Shown here: piece after piece, positions 10,415-22,480 of the stretch
How positions within the stretch are numbered: position 1 is the stretch's first letter
Layout of the letters: every line of letters begins with the position of its first letter
Assembly: GCA_964015495.1 (NCBI GenBank)
Contig: CAXHDG010000006.1
Location: 27,566-91,565 of the forward strand
Reading direction: 5' to 3'
From: an uncultured Magnetococcales bacterium
GTDB taxonomy: Bacteria > Pseudomonadota > Alphaproteobacteria > UBA2136 > JAPKEQ01
Length of the DNA stretch: 64,000 bases
The notes under the pieces: generated by a model
Told to the model about the DNA's origin: nothing
The model's database searches: none
Seen by the model: the letters and a program-made list of their open reading frames with translations, nothing else
Translations under genes and position numbers: made by a program

Positions 10415-10888
10415 ATGCCCAAACATACCATTCTCTTGGTTCAACCCACCTGCGATTACGGCACTGAAAAAGAGGCCGACATCATCGCTAAAATGCAAAA
10501 AGAAGGCGTAGAGGTCATCAACCTCAATGGCGCCACTCAAAGCATCAGCGAACTTGTTGCACTTTGCGACAAGTGTTGTTTCAGCGGCTTTGATCATGAC
10601 CTTGAAGCTGATGAGGTTCCGAGCGGCTGGCTGAAAAGTGAAGCCGACGGTATCACTATAAGCAGACCTGCGCGGCGCATCCCGTTTGATGTTGCCAGTA
10701 TCGTGGAAGATTTCTACGAAGCTGATAAGCCTGTCTACTATATGGTCTATGAGATCGTTAAAGATAGCGGTCGCATGCTCTTGAAGCAGGTCTTTTCTCT
10801 TGAAGCAGATTCTTGGGACGATGAATATATTCTTCTGGATGAACCTCAAACAGAAGCTCTGCTTGAGGCAGCCACCGAAAACGTCTAA
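10415..10888 (+). CDS. Hypothetical protein, paralog B of a tandem pair
   Basis: LLVQPTCDYGTEKEADIIAKMQKEG and DHDLEADEVPSGWL blocks. ATG 10415 is preceded by an AAGGAGG RBS, so the ORF-track start at 10379 is rejected. Confidence 0.55.
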   Translation: MPKHTILLVQPTCDYGTEKEADIIAKMQKEGVEVINLNGATQSISELVALCDKCCFSGFDHDLEADEVPSGWLKSEADGITISRPARRIPFDVASIVEDFYEADKPVYYMVYEIVKDSGRMLLKQVFSLEADSWDDEYILLDEPQTEALLEAATENV

Positions 10889-10898
10889 ATAATCGATT

Positions 10899-10934
10899 AA
10901 AAACAGCCCTGCATATATTGCGGGGCTGTTTTTG
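10899..10934 (+). terminator. Rho-independent terminator
   Basis: Stem CAGCCCTGC/GCGGGGCTG followed by TTTTT. Confidence 0.65.
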
Positions 10935-10980
10935 TGGGCACTCTTTTACGCTAGGATGACACTGTTACAGTCCCCCCAAA

Positions 10981-11010
10981 CAAAAAGCCCCGCACTTGCG
11001 GGGCTTTTTA
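10981..11010 (-). terminator. Rho-independent terminator (likely the rpoC operon terminator; bidirectional shape)
   Basis: A-run, stem AGCCCCGC/GCGGGGCT, then T-run, about 135 nt downstream of the rpoC stop. Confidence 0.6.
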
Positions 11011-11144
11011 TATAAGTCAGATGTAAATTCGTTCAGCGGGAGCGAAAAGCTTTGCTGGGTGAGAACTGGCGCGCAATGTAAAACATACCTGAGCACTGGC
11101 TCGTAACCCAAGCAAGGCTTTGCAGCCCCGCCTGAATAGAATTT

Positions 11145-14100
11145 TTAGTCGATTTGGCCTGTTACGTCAGTTGCCAGTTGGCTTTTACGCATTGAGCTCA
11201 GCATCTTACCTGTTCCCGCAGGAATCAGACGTCCAACAATCACGTTTTCTTTCAGACCGTTAAGATCATCAACCTTACCGCTTGTGGCTGCATCCGTAAG
11301 AACCTTGGTGGTTTCTTGGAATGACGCCGCAGAGATGTAAGAGCGTGTTGTTAGGCTGGCTTTCGTAATACCCTGCAAGTGTCTTTCGAACTCAGCAGGT
11401 GTTTTACCTTGCGCAACAAGACGTGCGTTCTCTTCTTCAACTTCCTGTGCATCCGCAAGTTCGTTAGGAACAAACGTTGTCGCACCGGCACGTGTAATCA
11501 TCACTTTACGCATCATCTGGCGCATAATCACCTCAATGTGCTTATCGTTGATTGTTACACCCTGAAGACGATATACGCTCTGGATTTCAGCAATCATGTA
11601 TTCAGCAAGAGCTTCTACACCCTGAGTACGGAGAATATCCTGAGGTACACGCGCACCTTCAATCAGCATTTCACCGGCCTCAATGTAGTCACCGTCACGT
11701 ACGTTCAGGTGAACACCTTTAGGTACAAGATACTCACGGATATCGTCCATGCCGTCTTCTGTCTTACCGCTTACGATAATACGACGCTTACCTTTTAGGT
11801 CTTTACCAAATGATACTGCACCTTCAACTTCAGAGATCAGGGCACTATCTTTAGGCTTACGTGCTTCAAAGAGTTCAGCAACGCGTGGCAAGCCCCCGGT
11901 AATATCGCGAGACTTAAGAGATTCGCGAGGCATACGAGCGATCGTATCACCAGCTGCAACTTCTTTACCATCTTCTGCAGAAAGAATCGCATCTACAGGA
12001 AGGAAGTAAATCGCTTGCGCACCGTTTGGCAGTGTTACAACTTTACCTTTTTTGTCGATAAGAACCATAGCAGGCTTCATGTCAGCACCACGTGGGTTTT
12101 GCTTCCAGTCAAGAACTGTCTTAGATGACATACCAGTGGTTTCATCCATTTCTTCCTTGATAGAGACACCATCAACAAGATCCATAAATTGAACTGTACC
12201 TTGTGCTTCTACCATAATTGGAAGTGTATATGGATCCCAATCCGCTAGCGTTGTACCAAGTTCAGCAGTATCACCGTCTTTGACATGTACTTTAGAACCG
12301 TAAGGTAGTTTGTGCTCTTCACGCTCACGGCCAGATTTATCAATAATCTTCGCGTTTGCGTTACGGCTCATGATGATGTTGTTACCATCAGAGTTTGTCA
12401 CAGTGACTACGTTTTCAAGTTTTAGAGTACCTTCAGACTCAGATGTTGCTTTAGACTTCGCTGTACCAGCAGATGCTGTACCACCAATGTGGAACGTACG
12501 CATGGTCAGCTGTGTACCCGGTTCACCAATTGACTGTGCGGCAATTACACCTACAGCTTCACCGATGTTTACAGGTGTACCACGAGCAAGGTCACGTCCG
12601 TAACATTTCGCACATACACCTTCCTTGTTGTCACAAGTTAGTACAGAACGAACGTTAATTGTACCAATACCAGCGGTTTCAATTGCATCTACAAGCTCTT
12701 CATCAAGAAGTGTATCGCGGACAGCAATAATATCGCCAGTGAGTGGGTTTACAACATCTTCAGCTACGGTACGGCCAAGAATACGATCAGAAAGTGATTC
12801 CATCACGTTTCCGCTATCTGTAATAGCAGATACACTGATAGAGTTTTCTGTTCCACAGTCATCTTCAACAATCACACAGTCCTGAGATACATCTACAAGA
12901 CGACGTGTCAGGTAACCTGAGTTCGCTGTCTTTAGGGCTGTATCGGCAAGACCCTTACGCGCACCGTGAGTCGAGTTAAAGTACTGGAGTACGTTTAGCC
13001 CCTCGCGGAAGTTCGCTGTAATCGGCGTTTCGATAATCTCACCGTTCGGCTTGGCCATCAAACCACGCATACCAGCAAGCTGACGCATCTGAGTTACCGA
13101 ACCACGGGCTCCAGAGTTTGCCATCATGTAAACACTGTTTACAGAAGGCTGTGTGCGTTTTTCGCCGTCAATATCAAGCTGCTTGTCAGAAATTTCAGCC
13201 ATCATGACATCTTTAACCATATCGGTTGTACGCTGCCAAATATCGATGACTTTGTTATATTTCTCACCAGATGTAATCAGACCATCCATGTACTGCTGTT
13301 CCATGCGTTTCACTTCAGCTTCCGCGTCAGATACAAGCGTGTACTTAGAGTCAGGGATAACCATGTCATCTTTACCAAACGAGATACCCGCACGTGCCGC
13401 AAACTTAAATCCAAGCTGCATAAGGTGGTCAGCAAAGATACAAGTCACTTTCTGGCCGCACTTCAGGTAGACAGTATGAAGCAATGCTCCAACTTCTTTC
13501 TTCGTGAGGATTTTGTTGATTGCGTTAAAGCTAAGCTCTGGATGCTCAGGAAGCAGCTGCGCAAGAATCAAACGACCCACAGATGTGTCATATGTCTTAC
13601 CGCGGAAGCGACCTTTAATGCGTGTGTGAAGCGTTACACTTTTCTCATTAAGAGCGTGCTCAATTTCACCAATGTTTGCAAATACACTGCCTTCACCCAC
13701 TTCGCCAAAGCGAGCAAGAGATAGCCAGTATAGACCCAGAATAATATCCTGAGATGGAACAACAATCGGCTTACCAGAAGCTGGTGAGAGAATGTTGTTT
13801 GTAGACATCATCAATACGCGTGCTTCAATTTGGGCTTCCAGAGATAGAGGTACGTGTACCGCCATTTGGTCACCATCAAAGTCGGCGTTGAATGCTGTAC
13901 ATACAAGCGGGTGAAGCTGAATCGCTTTACCTTCAATAAGCTTAGGCTCAAAGGCTTGGATACCAAGACGGTGAAGTGTCGGTGCACGGTTAAGCATAAC
14001 CGGGTGCTCACGAATTACTTCTTCAAGTGCATCCCAAACTTCAATCTCACCATCTTCAACCATACGCTTAGCGGCTTTAATTGTTGTCGCGAGGCCTTTC

Positions 14101-15266
14101 AGCTCAAGGCGTTGGTAAATAAATGGTTTAAATAGCTCAAGTGCCATCTTCTTCGGCAAACCACATTGGTGAAGAAGTAGATCAGGACCAACGGTAATAA
14201 CCGAACGACCAGAGTAATCTACACGCTTACCAAGAAGGTTTTGACGGAAGCGACCTTGCTTACCTTTAAGCATGTCTGCAAGTGATTTAAGTGGGCGCTT
14301 GTTCGCACCTGTAATCACGCGTCCACGACGGCCGTTATCAAACAGCGCATCAACAGATTCTTGAAGCATACGCTTCTCGTTACGGATGATGATTTCTGGA
14401 GCACGAAGCTCTAGAAGGCGTTTTAGACGGTTGTTACGGTTAACGACGCGGCGATAAAGATCGTTAAGATCAGATGTCGCGAAGCGGCCACCATCAAGTG
14501 GTACAAGAGGACGAAGCTCTGGTGGAAGTACTGGAATAACATCCATAACCATCCACTCTGGCTTGTTACCAGAATCACAGAAAGCGTTTACAACTTTAAG
14601 ACGCTTAACAAGCTTACGACGACGTACATCAGGTAGATCATCAGATAGCTCAGCTTGCATATCAGCTTGAAGTGTTTTCAGATCAAGTTCTTTAAGCAGC
14701 GTACGGATCGCTTCCGCACCAATTTCTGCTGTAAATGAATCTTCACCAAACTCGTCTTGTGCGTCCATAAGCTCTTCATCAGTTAGCATCTGGTGCTTCT
14801 CAAGTGTTGTTACACCTGGGTCAGTCACAAGGAAAGATTCAAAGTAGAGAACCTTTTCAAGGTCTTTAAGCGTAAAGTCCAGAATCGCACTCATGCGGCT
14901 AGGAAGAAGTTTTAGGAACCAAATGTGTGCAACAGGCGCAGCAAGGTCAATGTGACCCATGCGCTCACGGCGTACTTTAGATTCAATAACTTCCACGCCA
15001 CATTTTTCACACACAATACCACGGTGCTTCATGCGTTTGTATTTACCACACAGACATTCGTAGTCTTTTACTGGGCCAAAGATACGGGCACAGAACAGAC
15101 CGCCATGCTCTGGCTTGAATGTACGGTAGTTAATCGTTTCTGGTTTCTTCACTTCACCAAACGAGCGAGAACGGATTTGTTCAGGTGCTGCGATTGAAAT
15201 TCGGAGAGCTTCAAAAAGCTTTTGGTTTTGTTGCTTGTTTCCGAACAGGTTTGCGATATCGTTCAT
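11145..15266 (-). CDS. rpoC: DNA-directed RNA polymerase subunit beta'
   Basis: 1373 aa with the catalytic [12 protein letters not shown] motif, a zinc-binding [20 protein letters not shown] block, and a position immediately downstream of rpoB. Confidence 0.98.
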   Translation of the reverse strand: MNDIANLFGNKQQNQKLFEALRISIAAPEQIRSRSFGEVKKPETINYRTFKPEHGGLFCARIFGPVKDYECLCGKYKRMKHRGIVCEKCGVEVIESKVRRERMGHIDLAAPVAHIWFLKLLPSRMSAILDFTLKDLEKVLYFESFLVTDPGVTTLEKHQMLTDEELMDAQDEFGEDSFTAEIGAEAIRTLLKELDLKTLQADMQAELSDDLPDVRRRKLVKRLKVVNAFCDSGNKPEWMVMDVIPVLPPELRPLVPLDGGRFATSDLNDLYRRVVNRNNRLKRLLELRAPEIIIRNEKRMLQESVDALFDNGRRGRVITGANKRPLKSLADMLKGKQGRFRQNLLGKRVDYSGRSVITVGPDLLLHQCGLPKKMALELFKPFIYQRLELKGLATTIKAAKRMVEDGEIEVWDALEEVIREHPVMLNRAPTLHRLGIQAFEPKLIEGKAIQLHPLVCTAFNADFDGDQMAVHVPLSLEAQIEARVLMMSTNNILSPASGKPIVVPSQDIILGLYWLSLARFGEVGEGSVFANIGEIEHALNEKSVTLHTRIKGRFRGKTYDTSVGRLILAQLLPEHPELSFNAINKILTKKEVGALLHTVYLKCGQKVTCIFADHLMQLGFKFAARAGISFGKDDMVIPDSKYTLVSDAEAEVKRMEQQYMDGLITSGEKYNKVIDIWQRTTDMVKDVMMAEISDKQLDIDGEKRTQPSVNSVYMMANSGARGSVTQMRQLAGMRGLMAKPNGEIIETPITANFREGLNVLQYFNSTHGARKGLADTALKTANSGYLTRRLVDVSQDCVIVEDDCGTENSISVSAITDSGNVMESLSDRILGRTVAEDVVNPLTGDIIAVRDTLLDEELVDAIETAGIGTINVRSVLTCDNKEGVCAKCYGRDLARGTPVNIGEAVGVIAAQSIGEPGTQLTMRTFHIGGTASAGTAKSKATSESEGTLKLENVVTVTNSDGNNIIMSRNANAKIIDKSGREREEHKLPYGSKVHVKDGDTAELGTTLADWDPYTLPIMVEAQGTVQFMDLVDGVSIKEEMDETTGMSSKTVLDWKQNPRGADMKPAMVLIDKKGKVVTLPNGAQAIYFLPVDAILSAEDGKEVAAGDTIARMPRESLKSRDITGGLPRVAELFEARKPKDSALISEVEGAVSFGKDLKGKRRIIVSGKTEDGMDDIREYLVPKGVHLNVRDGDYIEAGEMLIEGARVPQDILRTQGVEALAEYMIAEIQSVYRLQGVTINDKHIEVIMRQMMRKVMITRAGATTFVPNELADAQEVEEENARLVAQGKTPAEFERHLQGITKASLTTRSYISAASFQETTKVLTDAATSGKVDDLNGLKENVIVGRLIPAGTGKMLSSMRKSQLATDVTGQID

Positions 15267-15293
15267 ATGTCTATCTATCCTTTTTTCACCTGA

Positions 15294-18200
15294 TTAGTTT
15301 GAGTGTTCTGCTGATGTGGCATCAATCGCTTCCACACCGTCTGGTACAGGAAGAGCATCAAGCTCAGTCATATCATCTGCTGTGCCATCAACCATGTCTG
15401 GTGCTTCTTCCAGCATTTCAACGTTTAGACCAAGTGCCATCATCTCATGCACAAGTACGTTGAACGACTCAGGAATACCCGCTTCAAAGTTTTGCTCACC
15501 ACGAACAATTGCTTCGTAAGTCTTCGTACGACCCGAAACATCATCAGATTTCACAGTTAGCATCTCTTGAAGTGTATATGCTGCCCCGTAAGCTTGCAGA
15601 GCCCATACTTCCATCTCACCAAAACGCTGTCCACCAAACTGGGCTTTACCACCAAGAGGTTGCTGCGTTACCAGAGAGTACGGTCCAATAGAACGTGCGT
15701 GAATCTTCTCATCCACAAGGTGGTGCAGTTTCAGCATGTAGATGTAACCCACTGTGGTTCTACGATCAAACGCTTCCCCGCTGCGGCCATCAAACAGTTG
15801 AACCTGTCCATCTCTGTCAAGATCAGCATCATCAAGAAGGTCTGAGATATCTTTCTCAAGCAGACCATCAAACACAGGTGTTGCCATTGGCATACCTTTT
15901 TGCAGATTACCTGCAAGTTCCATGATTTCACCATCACTTAAAGCTTTTAGGCCTTTAGGATCTGTTCCATCTTTGTACATTTTCTCAAGATATGTGCGGA
16001 CTTCTTTCACATCACCATCTTCAAGAAGAGCTTTTACTTTTTTACCGATACCGGCAGCAGCCCAACCAAGGTGTGTTTCAAAAATCTGACCCACGTTCAT
16101 ACGAGATGGTACACCAAGAGGGTTAAGTACGATATCAACGTGCTCACCATCTTCCATAAACGGCATGTCTTCAATTGGGTTAACCTTAGAGATAACACCC
16201 TTGTTACCGTGACGACCAGCCATCTTATCACCAGGCTGAAGCTTACGCTTCACAGCGATGTAAACTTTAACCATCTTCAGAACGCCAGGTGAAAGCTCGT
16301 CCGCAGCACGGATTTTTTCGATCTTCTCTTCACGACGCTCATCAAGGGCTCTTACAGCGCTATCAAAGTGAGTTTTCAGGCCTTCAAGGTCTTTCATGAG
16401 TTTGTCATCACTGATAGCAATCTTCCACCAGTCAATCTTCTTCATATCCTCTAGCATATCGCCAGTGATTTCTTTGCCTTTAGTGATTGAGCCATCAATC
16501 TTGTTCGCCGCTTTCTGGCCAATAAGAGCTTCTCTAAGACGTCCGTATACGTCCGTCTCAAGAATACGGCGTTCATCCGCAAGGTCACTGCTAAGTTTTA
16601 GGATTTCCTGCTCTTCAATCTCAAGGGTACGGGCATCTTTTTCCCCGCCACGGCGGTTGAAGACTTTTACGCCAACAACAGTACCGATAAGCCCTGGAGG
16701 AACGCGCAGTGACGTATCACGTACATCTGCAGCCTTCTCACCAAAGATCGCGCGAAGAAGTTTTTCTTCAGGCGTCATTGGTGTTTCACCCTTAGGTGTA
16801 ATCTTACCAATAAGAATATCGCCAGGTTTAACATCTGCACCAATGCGGATGATACCAGCTTCATCTAGGTTTTTAAGAGCAACTTCACCTACGTTAGGAA
16901 TATCACGTGTGATTTCCTCAGCGCCAAGCTTTGTATCACGCGCTTGTACGTCGTACTCATCAATGTGAATCGATGTGAAGACGTCATCACGTACAATACG
17001 CTCAGAAATTAGGATTGAATCCTCAAAGTTGTAACCATTCCATGGCATGAAGGCCACAAGTACGTTACGGCCAAGCGCAAGCTCACCCATATCCGTAGAG
17101 GCACCATCCGCCATAATATCGCTTTTCTTCACAAGGTCACCCTTGCTCACAAGAGGACGTTGCGTCATGCAACTGTTTTGGTTAGAACGTTTGAATTTAT
17201 CCATACGGTACACGTCAACACCAGAAGCAGACGCATCTACATCTTCAGTTGCACGTACTACGATACGGTTCGCATCAACACTTTCAACAATACCGCCACG
17301 TTTTGCAACAACAGTAATACCACTGTCACGCGCTACGATAGCTTCCATACCTGTACCAACAAGTGGTGCTTCCGCACGCAGTAGTGGAACGGCCTGACGT
17401 TGCATGTTCGATCCCATAAGGGCACGGTTTGCATCATCGTTTTCTAGGAAAGGAATAAGTGCCGCCGCTACAGATACAATCTGCTTTGGTGCCACGTCCA
17501 TGTACGTTACTTCATCACGAGGCACAAATACAACTTCACCACGCTTACGACATACAACGAAATCTTCCGTCATTTTGCCAGCTTTATCCAGTGGGCTGTT
17601 TGCCTGTGCAATGTAGTGCTCGCCTTCTTCAATCGCGCTCATGTAGTGTACTTCGTCAGTCACCTTAGAAGCGTCAACCTTACGGTATGGCGTTTCAATG
17701 AAACCGTACTTGTTCACTTTAGCGTATGTAGAAAGTGAGTTAATTAGACCAATGTTTGGTCCCTCAGGCGTTTCAATCGGGCAAATACGGCCGTAGTGCG
17801 TGGTGTGTACATCACGTACTTCAAAACCAGCACGCTCACGTGTCAGACCGCCGGGCCCAAGCGCACTAATACGACGCTTGTGAGTCACTTCTGAAAGTGG
17901 GTTTGTTTGGTCCATAAACTGAGACAGCTGAGATGAGCTAAAGAACTCACGTAGCGCTGCGCTAAGTGGACGCGCGTTTACAAGGTCATGTGGCATCATT
18001 TGTGAAATTTCACTACTTGCCATACGCTCTTTTACTGAGCGCTCCATACGAAGGAGACCAACGCGGAACTGGTTTTCAAGAAGTTCACCAACACTACGTA
18101 CACGACGGTTACCAAGGTGGTCAATGTCATCTACGCTATCGTTACCATCACGGATGTCGATAAGTTTTTGAATCACAGCCAGCATATCTTCTTTACGAAG

Positions 18201-18641
18201 AACACTGATCTCTTCGCCAAGGTCTTTAAAGCCAAGGCGTGCGTTCATTTTCATACGACCAACATCAGAAAGGTCAAAACGCTCGCTATCAAAGAACATT
18301 GTGTTGAAAAGTTTGCTTGATGCTTCAAGGGTTGGCGGCTCACCTGGGCGCATAACCTTGTAAATTTCAGCAAGAGCTTTTTCACGTGAGTCTGTTTTAT
18401 CAATTTGAAGCGTGTTACGGATGTAACCACCAACGTTAAGGTGATCAATCTTGAGAATCTTGAAGCCTTTAAACTTCATTTCTTCTAGCTTCTCAATAAT
18501 TTCCATTGTAATTTCAGAACCGATTTCAAACAGAACTTCACCTGTTGATTTCTCAACAATCGCTTCACCAAGGTAGCGGCCAAGAAGATCTTCTTTTTCT
18601 TGAGAGATCCATTTTGTACCAGCTTCTTCAATTTGCTTCAT
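15294..18641 (-). CDS. rpoB: RNA polymerase beta subunit, C-terminal 1115-aa fragment (rpoB split by tandem duplication)
   Basis: Conserved beta blocks such as [16 protein letters not shown] and MRPGEPPT. It begins at an internal Met inside duplicated copy 1. Confidence 0.9.
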   Translation of the reverse strand: MKQIEEAGTKWISQEKEDLLGRYLGEAIVEKSTGEVLFEIGSEITMEIIEKLEEMKFKGFKILKIDHLNVGGYIRNTLQIDKTDSREKALAEIYKVMRPGEPPTLEASSKLFNTMFFDSERFDLSDVGRMKMNARLGFKDLGEEISVLRKEDMLAVIQKLIDIRDGNDSVDDIDHLGNRRVRSVGELLENQFRVGLLRMERSVKERMASSEISQMMPHDLVNARPLSAALREFFSSSQLSQFMDQTNPLSEVTHKRRISALGPGGLTRERAGFEVRDVHTTHYGRICPIETPEGPNIGLINSLSTYAKVNKYGFIETPYRKVDASKVTDEVHYMSAIEEGEHYIAQANSPLDKAGKMTEDFVVCRKRGEVVFVPRDEVTYMDVAPKQIVSVAAALIPFLENDDANRALMGSNMQRQAVPLLRAEAPLVGTGMEAIVARDSGITVVAKRGGIVESVDANRIVVRATEDVDASASGVDVYRMDKFKRSNQNSCMTQRPLVSKGDLVKKSDIMADGASTDMGELALGRNVLVAFMPWNGYNFEDSILISERIVRDDVFTSIHIDEYDVQARDTKLGAEEITRDIPNVGEVALKNLDEAGIIRIGADVKPGDILIGKITPKGETPMTPEEKLLRAIFGEKAADVRDTSLRVPPGLIGTVVGVKVFNRRGGEKDARTLEIEEQEILKLSSDLADERRILETDVYGRLREALIGQKAANKIDGSITKGKEITGDMLEDMKKIDWWKIAISDDKLMKDLEGLKTHFDSAVRALDERREEKIEKIRAADELSPGVLKMVKVYIAVKRKLQPGDKMAGRHGNKGVISKVNPIEDMPFMEDGEHVDIVLNPLGVPSRMNVGQIFETHLGWAAAGIGKKVKALLEDGDVKEVRTYLEKMYKDGTDPKGLKALSDGEIMELAGNLQKGMPMATPVFDGLLEKDISDLLDDADLDRDGQVQLFDGRSGEAFDRRTTVGYIYMLKLHHLVDEKIHARSIGPYSLVTQQPLGGKAQFGGQRFGEMEVWALQAYGAAYTLQEMLTVKSDDVSGRTKTYEAIVRGEQNFEAGIPESFNVLVHEMMALGLNVEMLEEAPDMVDGTADDMTELDALPVPDGVEAIDATSAEHSN

Positions 18642-19052
18642 TTTGCGTTTTGTCGGCTTTTTACCAGCTCGCTATCAAAGAACATTGTGTTGAAAAGTTT
18701 GCTTGATGCTTCAAGGGTTGGCGGCTCACCTGGGCGCATAACCTTGTAAATTTCAGCAAGAGCTTTTTCACGTGAGTCTGTTTTATCAATTTGAAGCGTG
18801 TTACGGATGTAACCACCAACGTTAAGGTGATCAATCTTGAGAATCTTGAAGCCTTTAAACTTCATTTCTTCTAGCTTCTCAATAATTTCCATTGTAATTT
18901 CAGAACCGATTTCAAACAGAACTTCACCTGTTGATTTCTCAACAATCGCTTCACCAAGGTAGCGGCCAAGAAGATCTTCTTTTTCTTGAGAGATCCATTT
19001 TGTACCAGCTTCTTCAATTTGCTTCATTTTGCGTTTTGTCGGCTTTTTACCA
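18281..19052. repeat. Perfect 386-bp tandem direct duplication inside rpoB (copy 1 at 18281-18666, copy 2 at 18667-19052)
   Basis: The two copies read identically base for base by eye. A 3-bp GCT microhomology continues at 19053-19055. 386 is not a multiple of 3. Confidence 0.9.
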
Positions 19053-19918
19053 GCTTTAACAAGAACGTCTTTGTTATCGGCATCGATAAGGTCTTGTTCC
19101 AGCTTCACGCCCATGTAAAACATTGGCTCAAATCCAAGGGCGAATTTGCCAGACTTAATACGCACTTCTACAGTATCGTAGAATGTTTCAAGAATTTCTT
19201 CTTCGCTCATTTCAAGTGCACGAAGAACGTAAGTTGCAGGCAGCTTACGACGACGGTCAATACGTACGTACATGTTATCTTTGTGGTCAAACTCAAAATC
19301 AAGCCATGACCCGCGGAATGGAATCACGCGTGCTGAGAAGAGAAGCTTACCAGATGAGTGCGTTGAACCGTTATCGTGGTCAAAGAACACGCCCGGGCTA
19401 CGGTGCATCTGAGAGACAATAACACGCTCAGTACCGTTAATAACAAAGGTACCGTTACCTGTCATAAGAGGCACATCACAAAGATAGACTTCTTGCTCTT
19501 TAATATCCTGAACACTACGTGCGCCAGTTTCTTCGTTTTTCTCGTAAACAGTAAGACGAAGAACCACTTTTAGCGGCGTTGCGTATGTCATATCACGTTG
19601 TAGACATTCGTCTACATCAAATTTTGGCGCTTCGAGTACGTGAGACACGTAGTCAAGCTCTGCCAGGCCAGCACTGTCCTCAATAGGGAACATTGTGCTC
19701 AGTGCGCTTTTTACACCAGAGTTAACCTCTTGTGGTTTGCCACCTTTGCCTTTTTTGACGAATACTTCGCCAGAAAGAAACTTTTCAAATGATAGTTTTT
19801 GAATGTCGAGCAGATTTGGAAGTTCTGCTACAGATTGAATTGAACCGTAATTTTTGCGGATACGCTTTTTCTCAGTGAACGTATAAGACATGTTATGAGC
19901 CACCCTTTGCCTTGTCAC
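18638..19918 (-). CDS. rpoB: RNA polymerase beta subunit, N-terminal 426-aa fragment (frameshifted at the duplication junction)
   Basis: Canonical beta N-terminus ([12 protein letters not shown]). The last 14 codons (LVKSRQNAK and preceding) are out of frame after the junction at 18666/18667. Confidence 0.9.
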   Translation of the reverse strand: MTRQRVAHNMSYTFTEKKRIRKNYGSIQSVAELPNLLDIQKLSFEKFLSGEVFVKKGKGGKPQEVNSGVKSALSTMFPIEDSAGLAELDYVSHVLEAPKFDVDECLQRDMTYATPLKVVLRLTVYEKNEETGARSVQDIKEQEVYLCDVPLMTGNGTFVINGTERVIVSQMHRSPGVFFDHDNGSTHSSGKLLFSARVIPFRGSWLDFEFDHKDNMYVRIDRRRKLPATYVLRALEMSEEEILETFYDTVEVRIKSGKFALGFEPMFYMGVKLEQDLIDADNKDVLVKAGKKPTKRKMKQIEEAGTKWISQEKEDLLGRYLGEAIVEKSTGEVLFEIGSEITMEIIEKLEEMKFKGFKILKIDHLNVGGYIRNTLQIDKTDSREKALAEIYKVMRPGEPPTLEASSKLFNTMFFDSELVKSRQNAK

Positions 19919-20155
19919 ATTAATATTAACTTCGGTATTTCTGCTTAAAAATGAAGCCCAGTCCGAATCTCTGGAGCACTTCTGGTGTGCTATCCCCTGC
20001 TATTAAGTAGGCATGCAGCGCCTTATCTTCAAGAGCGAAACTGTAGAATTTTAAGAAAAACCCCTAAACTTTGCTCTTTTGCTCTTTTTTCAAAAAGCAA
20101 AAGCACCCCAGTACGCTTAGACAGCGCACTGGAGAGCAATTATCGTGCCAAAGAA

Positions 20156-20527
20156 CTATTTAAGTTCAACTTTAGCACCAGCAGCTTCAAGTTTCTTCTG
20201 AATTTCTTCAGCGTCCGCTTTAGAAGCACCCTCTTTAACAACTTGAGGAGCGCCTTCAACCATGTCTTTAGCTTCTTTGAGGCCAAGACCAGTGATTGCA
20301 CGTACTTCTTTAATTACGCCGATTTTGTTTCCGCCTGTTTCAGCAAGAACAACGTCGAACTCAGTTTTTTCTTCTGCAGCAGCAGCATCGCCACCAGCAG
20401 CAGGAGCTGCAACAGCAGCAGCAGCGGCGCTAACGCCCCATGCTTCTTCTAGAAGTTTAGAAAGCTCTGCAGCTTCCATTACTGTAAGAGTTGATAGCTC
20501 TTCAACCATTTTGTTAAGATCAGCCAT
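20156..20527 (-). CDS. rplL: 50S ribosomal protein L7/L12
   Basis: 123 aa with an Ala-rich hinge and a C-terminal [15 protein letters not shown]...[12 protein letters not shown]. Confidence 0.97.
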   Translation of the reverse strand: MADLNKMVEELSTLTVMEAAELSKLLEEAWGVSAAAAAVAAPAAGGDAAAAEEKTEFDVVLAETGGNKIGVIKEVRAITGLGLKEAKDMVEGAPQVVKEGASKADAEEIQKKLEAAGAKVELK

Positions 20528-20586
20528 AGCTGTTTCCTTTCTTAATCGGATTTATACGTTTTATTCTAAAGTTTAATACCTATTAC

Positions 20587-21090
20587 TTACTCAGGCTTCA
20601 TAGTCAGTACACGAGCGAGTTTGGCAGCTGGTTCAGCAGAAACACGTGCAATTTTCGTTGCTGGAGCTTGAAGAAGCCCAACAATTGTTCCACGTAGTTC
20701 GTCAAGGCTAGGCATAGAAGCAAGAGCTTGAACGCCAGCTTGGTCAAGAACCGTTTCGCCCATAGCTCCACCAAGAATCACGAAATCATCGTGCTCCTTA
20801 GCAAAGTTTTGAGCAACTTTAGCTGCGGCAACTGGATCTGCAGAGAATGAAAGGGCCGTAGGTCCAGTCATTAGCTCTGAGATGTTTGTGTACGGAGTGC
20901 CTTCGAAAGCAATTTTCGCAAGACGGTTCTTCGCAACTTTAACAGTTCCGACTTCACCGCGCATACGAGAGCGTAGGTCTGTCATCTTAGAGACAGTAAG
21001 GCCACGATAGTGCGCAACCACAACAACACTCGCATCTTGCAAGTTGGTATTCAGCTCAGAAACAAACGCTTGTTTTTGTGCTTTATCCAT
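20587..21090 (-). CDS. rplJ: 50S ribosomal protein L10
   Basis: L10-like sequence upstream of rplL. The MDKAQKQ start at 21090 has a GGAGA RBS at 5-nt spacing, whereas the ORF-track start is 21102. Confidence 0.9.
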   Translation of the reverse strand: MDKAQKQAFVSELNTNLQDASVVVVAHYRGLTVSKMTDLRSRMRGEVGTVKVAKNRLAKIAFEGTPYTNISELMTGPTALSFSADPVAAAKVAQNFAKEHDDFVILGGAMGETVLDQAGVQALASMPSLDELRGTIVGLLQAPATKIARVSAEPAAKLARVLTMKPE

Positions 21091-21345
21091 TATGTTCTCC
21101 ATTTATTTGAAGGTAACCACTTAACGTTTTTACCTTCGTCCCAGTTACCTGCCGATAACGTAACTTACCGAATGGGTTATAAAACCTTTTCCATCTGTTA
21201 CGCCGTCTCTAGGGGGGCGGACTGCTGTCCAATTAACTCGTGGCCCGTGCCACGTCCCTTCCTTGTCTTCGACAGGGTGCTTCCATTGTTTCCTTTGGAA
21301 GCAGATTGACGGCACACCGAAATGCGCCGTCAAAACTTGTATTAA
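21091..21345 (-). promoter_or_regulatory. rplJ leader (possible L10/L12 autoregulatory leader)
   Basis: About 255 nt of non-coding spacer lies between rplA and rplJ, the place where L10 leaders occur in other bacteria. I did not verify a structure. Confidence 0.3.
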
Positions 21346-22032
21346 TTAGCCGTTTAGTGAAGCCATATCCACAGGAATACCAGGACCCATAGACGAGCTA
21401 AGAGTCAGTTTGTTCATGTAGTTAGCTTTTAGGCTTGCAGGCTTAGAACCTTTGATGAGGTCAAATACAGCTTGAATGTTTTCCTGTAGTTTTTTGTCAT
21501 CAAATGATTTTTTACCAACACTAATGTGAATGATACCGTTTTTCTCAGTCTTGTACTCAAGCATACCAGCCTTAAGATCAGCGACAGCTTTACCTACGTT
21601 AGGTGTAACTGTACCAAGCTTCGGGTTTGGCATAAGGCCTTTAGGGCCAAGTACTTTACCGATTTTACCAACAGTCGCCATGCAATCTGGAGAAGCAACA
21701 GCGTAGTCAAATTCAAACCAACCACCCTCAATTTTCTTCACTAGATCTTCTAGGCCAACCATGTCAGCGCCGGCTTTATTTGCTTCTTCAACCTTCTCGC
21801 CTTTAGCAAACACAACAACGCGTGCTGTTTTACCTGTACCATGTGGAAGAGAAATCATACCACGTAGCATTTGGTCGGCGTGACGTGGATCAAGACCAAG
21901 GTTAAATGAAAGCTCAACAGTTTCATCAAATTTAGCTGAAGTAGCACCCTTAAGTGTTTTAATCGCTTCAGAAATTTCATATACAGACTCTTTATTGATG
22001 GCTGTACGGTTCGCTTTTACACGTTTACTCAT
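21346..22032 (-). CDS. rplA: 50S ribosomal protein L1
   Basis: The MSKRVKANR start lies 16 nt after the rplK stop and has a [24 protein letters not shown] block. The ORF-track N-extension is rejected. Confidence 0.95.
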   Translation of the reverse strand: MSKRVKANRTAINKESVYEISEAIKTLKGATSAKFDETVELSFNLGLDPRHADQMLRGMISLPHGTGKTARVVVFAKGEKVEEANKAGADMVGLEDLVKKIEGGWFEFDYAVASPDCMATVGKIGKVLGPKGLMPNPKLGTVTPNVGKAVADLKAGMLEYKTEKNGIIHISVGKKSFDDKKLQENIQAVFDLIKGSKPASLKANYMNKLTLSSSMGPGIPVDMASLNG

Positions 22033-22048
22033 ATTCAATACTCCCCGA

Positions 22049-22480
22049 TTAACCGTCAATAACCTGAACACCCATAGAGCGGCAGCTACCAGCTAGCATG
22101 CTCACAGCGGCGTCAACGTCGTTTGCGTTCAAGTCTTTCATTTTCACTTCAGCAATCTCAGCAAGCTGAGAGCGCTTAATTTTACCTACAAAACCTTGAG
22201 AAGGTGTTGAAGAACCCTTCTTCAATTTAGCAGCTTGCTTAATAAGGAAGCTTGCTGGTGGTGTACGTGTTTCAAACGTAAATGTACGATCAGCGTAAGC
22301 GGTAATTGTTACAGGAATCGGTGTTCCTGGAGCAATGCTTTGCGTCTTCGCGTTAAACGCTTTACAAAATTCCATAATGTTTAGACCCTTTTGACCAAGA
22401 GCTGGTCCAACTGGAGGGCTAGGGTTGGCTTGACCTGCAGCAACCTGCAGCTTGATGTAGCCTGCGATTTTTTTCGCCAT
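22049..22480 (-). CDS. rplK: 50S ribosomal protein L11
   Basis: [23 protein letters not shown] signature; 143 aa. Confidence 0.97.
   Translation of the reverse strand: MAKKIAGYIKLQVAAGQANPSPPVGPALGQKGLNIMEFCKAFNAKTQSIAPGTPIPVTITAYADRTFTFETRTPPASFLIKQAAKLKKGSSTPSQGFVGKIKRSQLAEIAEVKMKDLNANDVDAAVSMLAGSCRSMGVQVIDG

Noticed and set aside
11379-19573. Many 60-190-aa ORFs on the plus strand across rpoC and rpoB (for example 16396-16968 and 17047-17397).
   Set aside because: They lie antisense to long, strongly conserved genes, have low-complexity Ser/Arg/Thr-rich translations, and have no RBS or motifs. They are typical shadow ORFs.
20060-20115. A hairpin in the rplL-rpoB spacer as a transcriptional attenuator.
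   Set aside because: Only a weak AT-rich stem (GCTCTTTTTT/AAAAAGC region) could be drawn. That is not enough to call it, although an attenuator is known at this position in E. coli.
20370-20440. A GCA/GCT-rich low-complexity repeat.
   Set aside because: It encodes the normal Ala-rich flexible hinge of L7/L12. It is not a repeat element.
21145-21333. A 62-aa ORF in the rplA-rplJ spacer.
   Set aside because: It has no RBS. The region is better explained as the rplJ leader.
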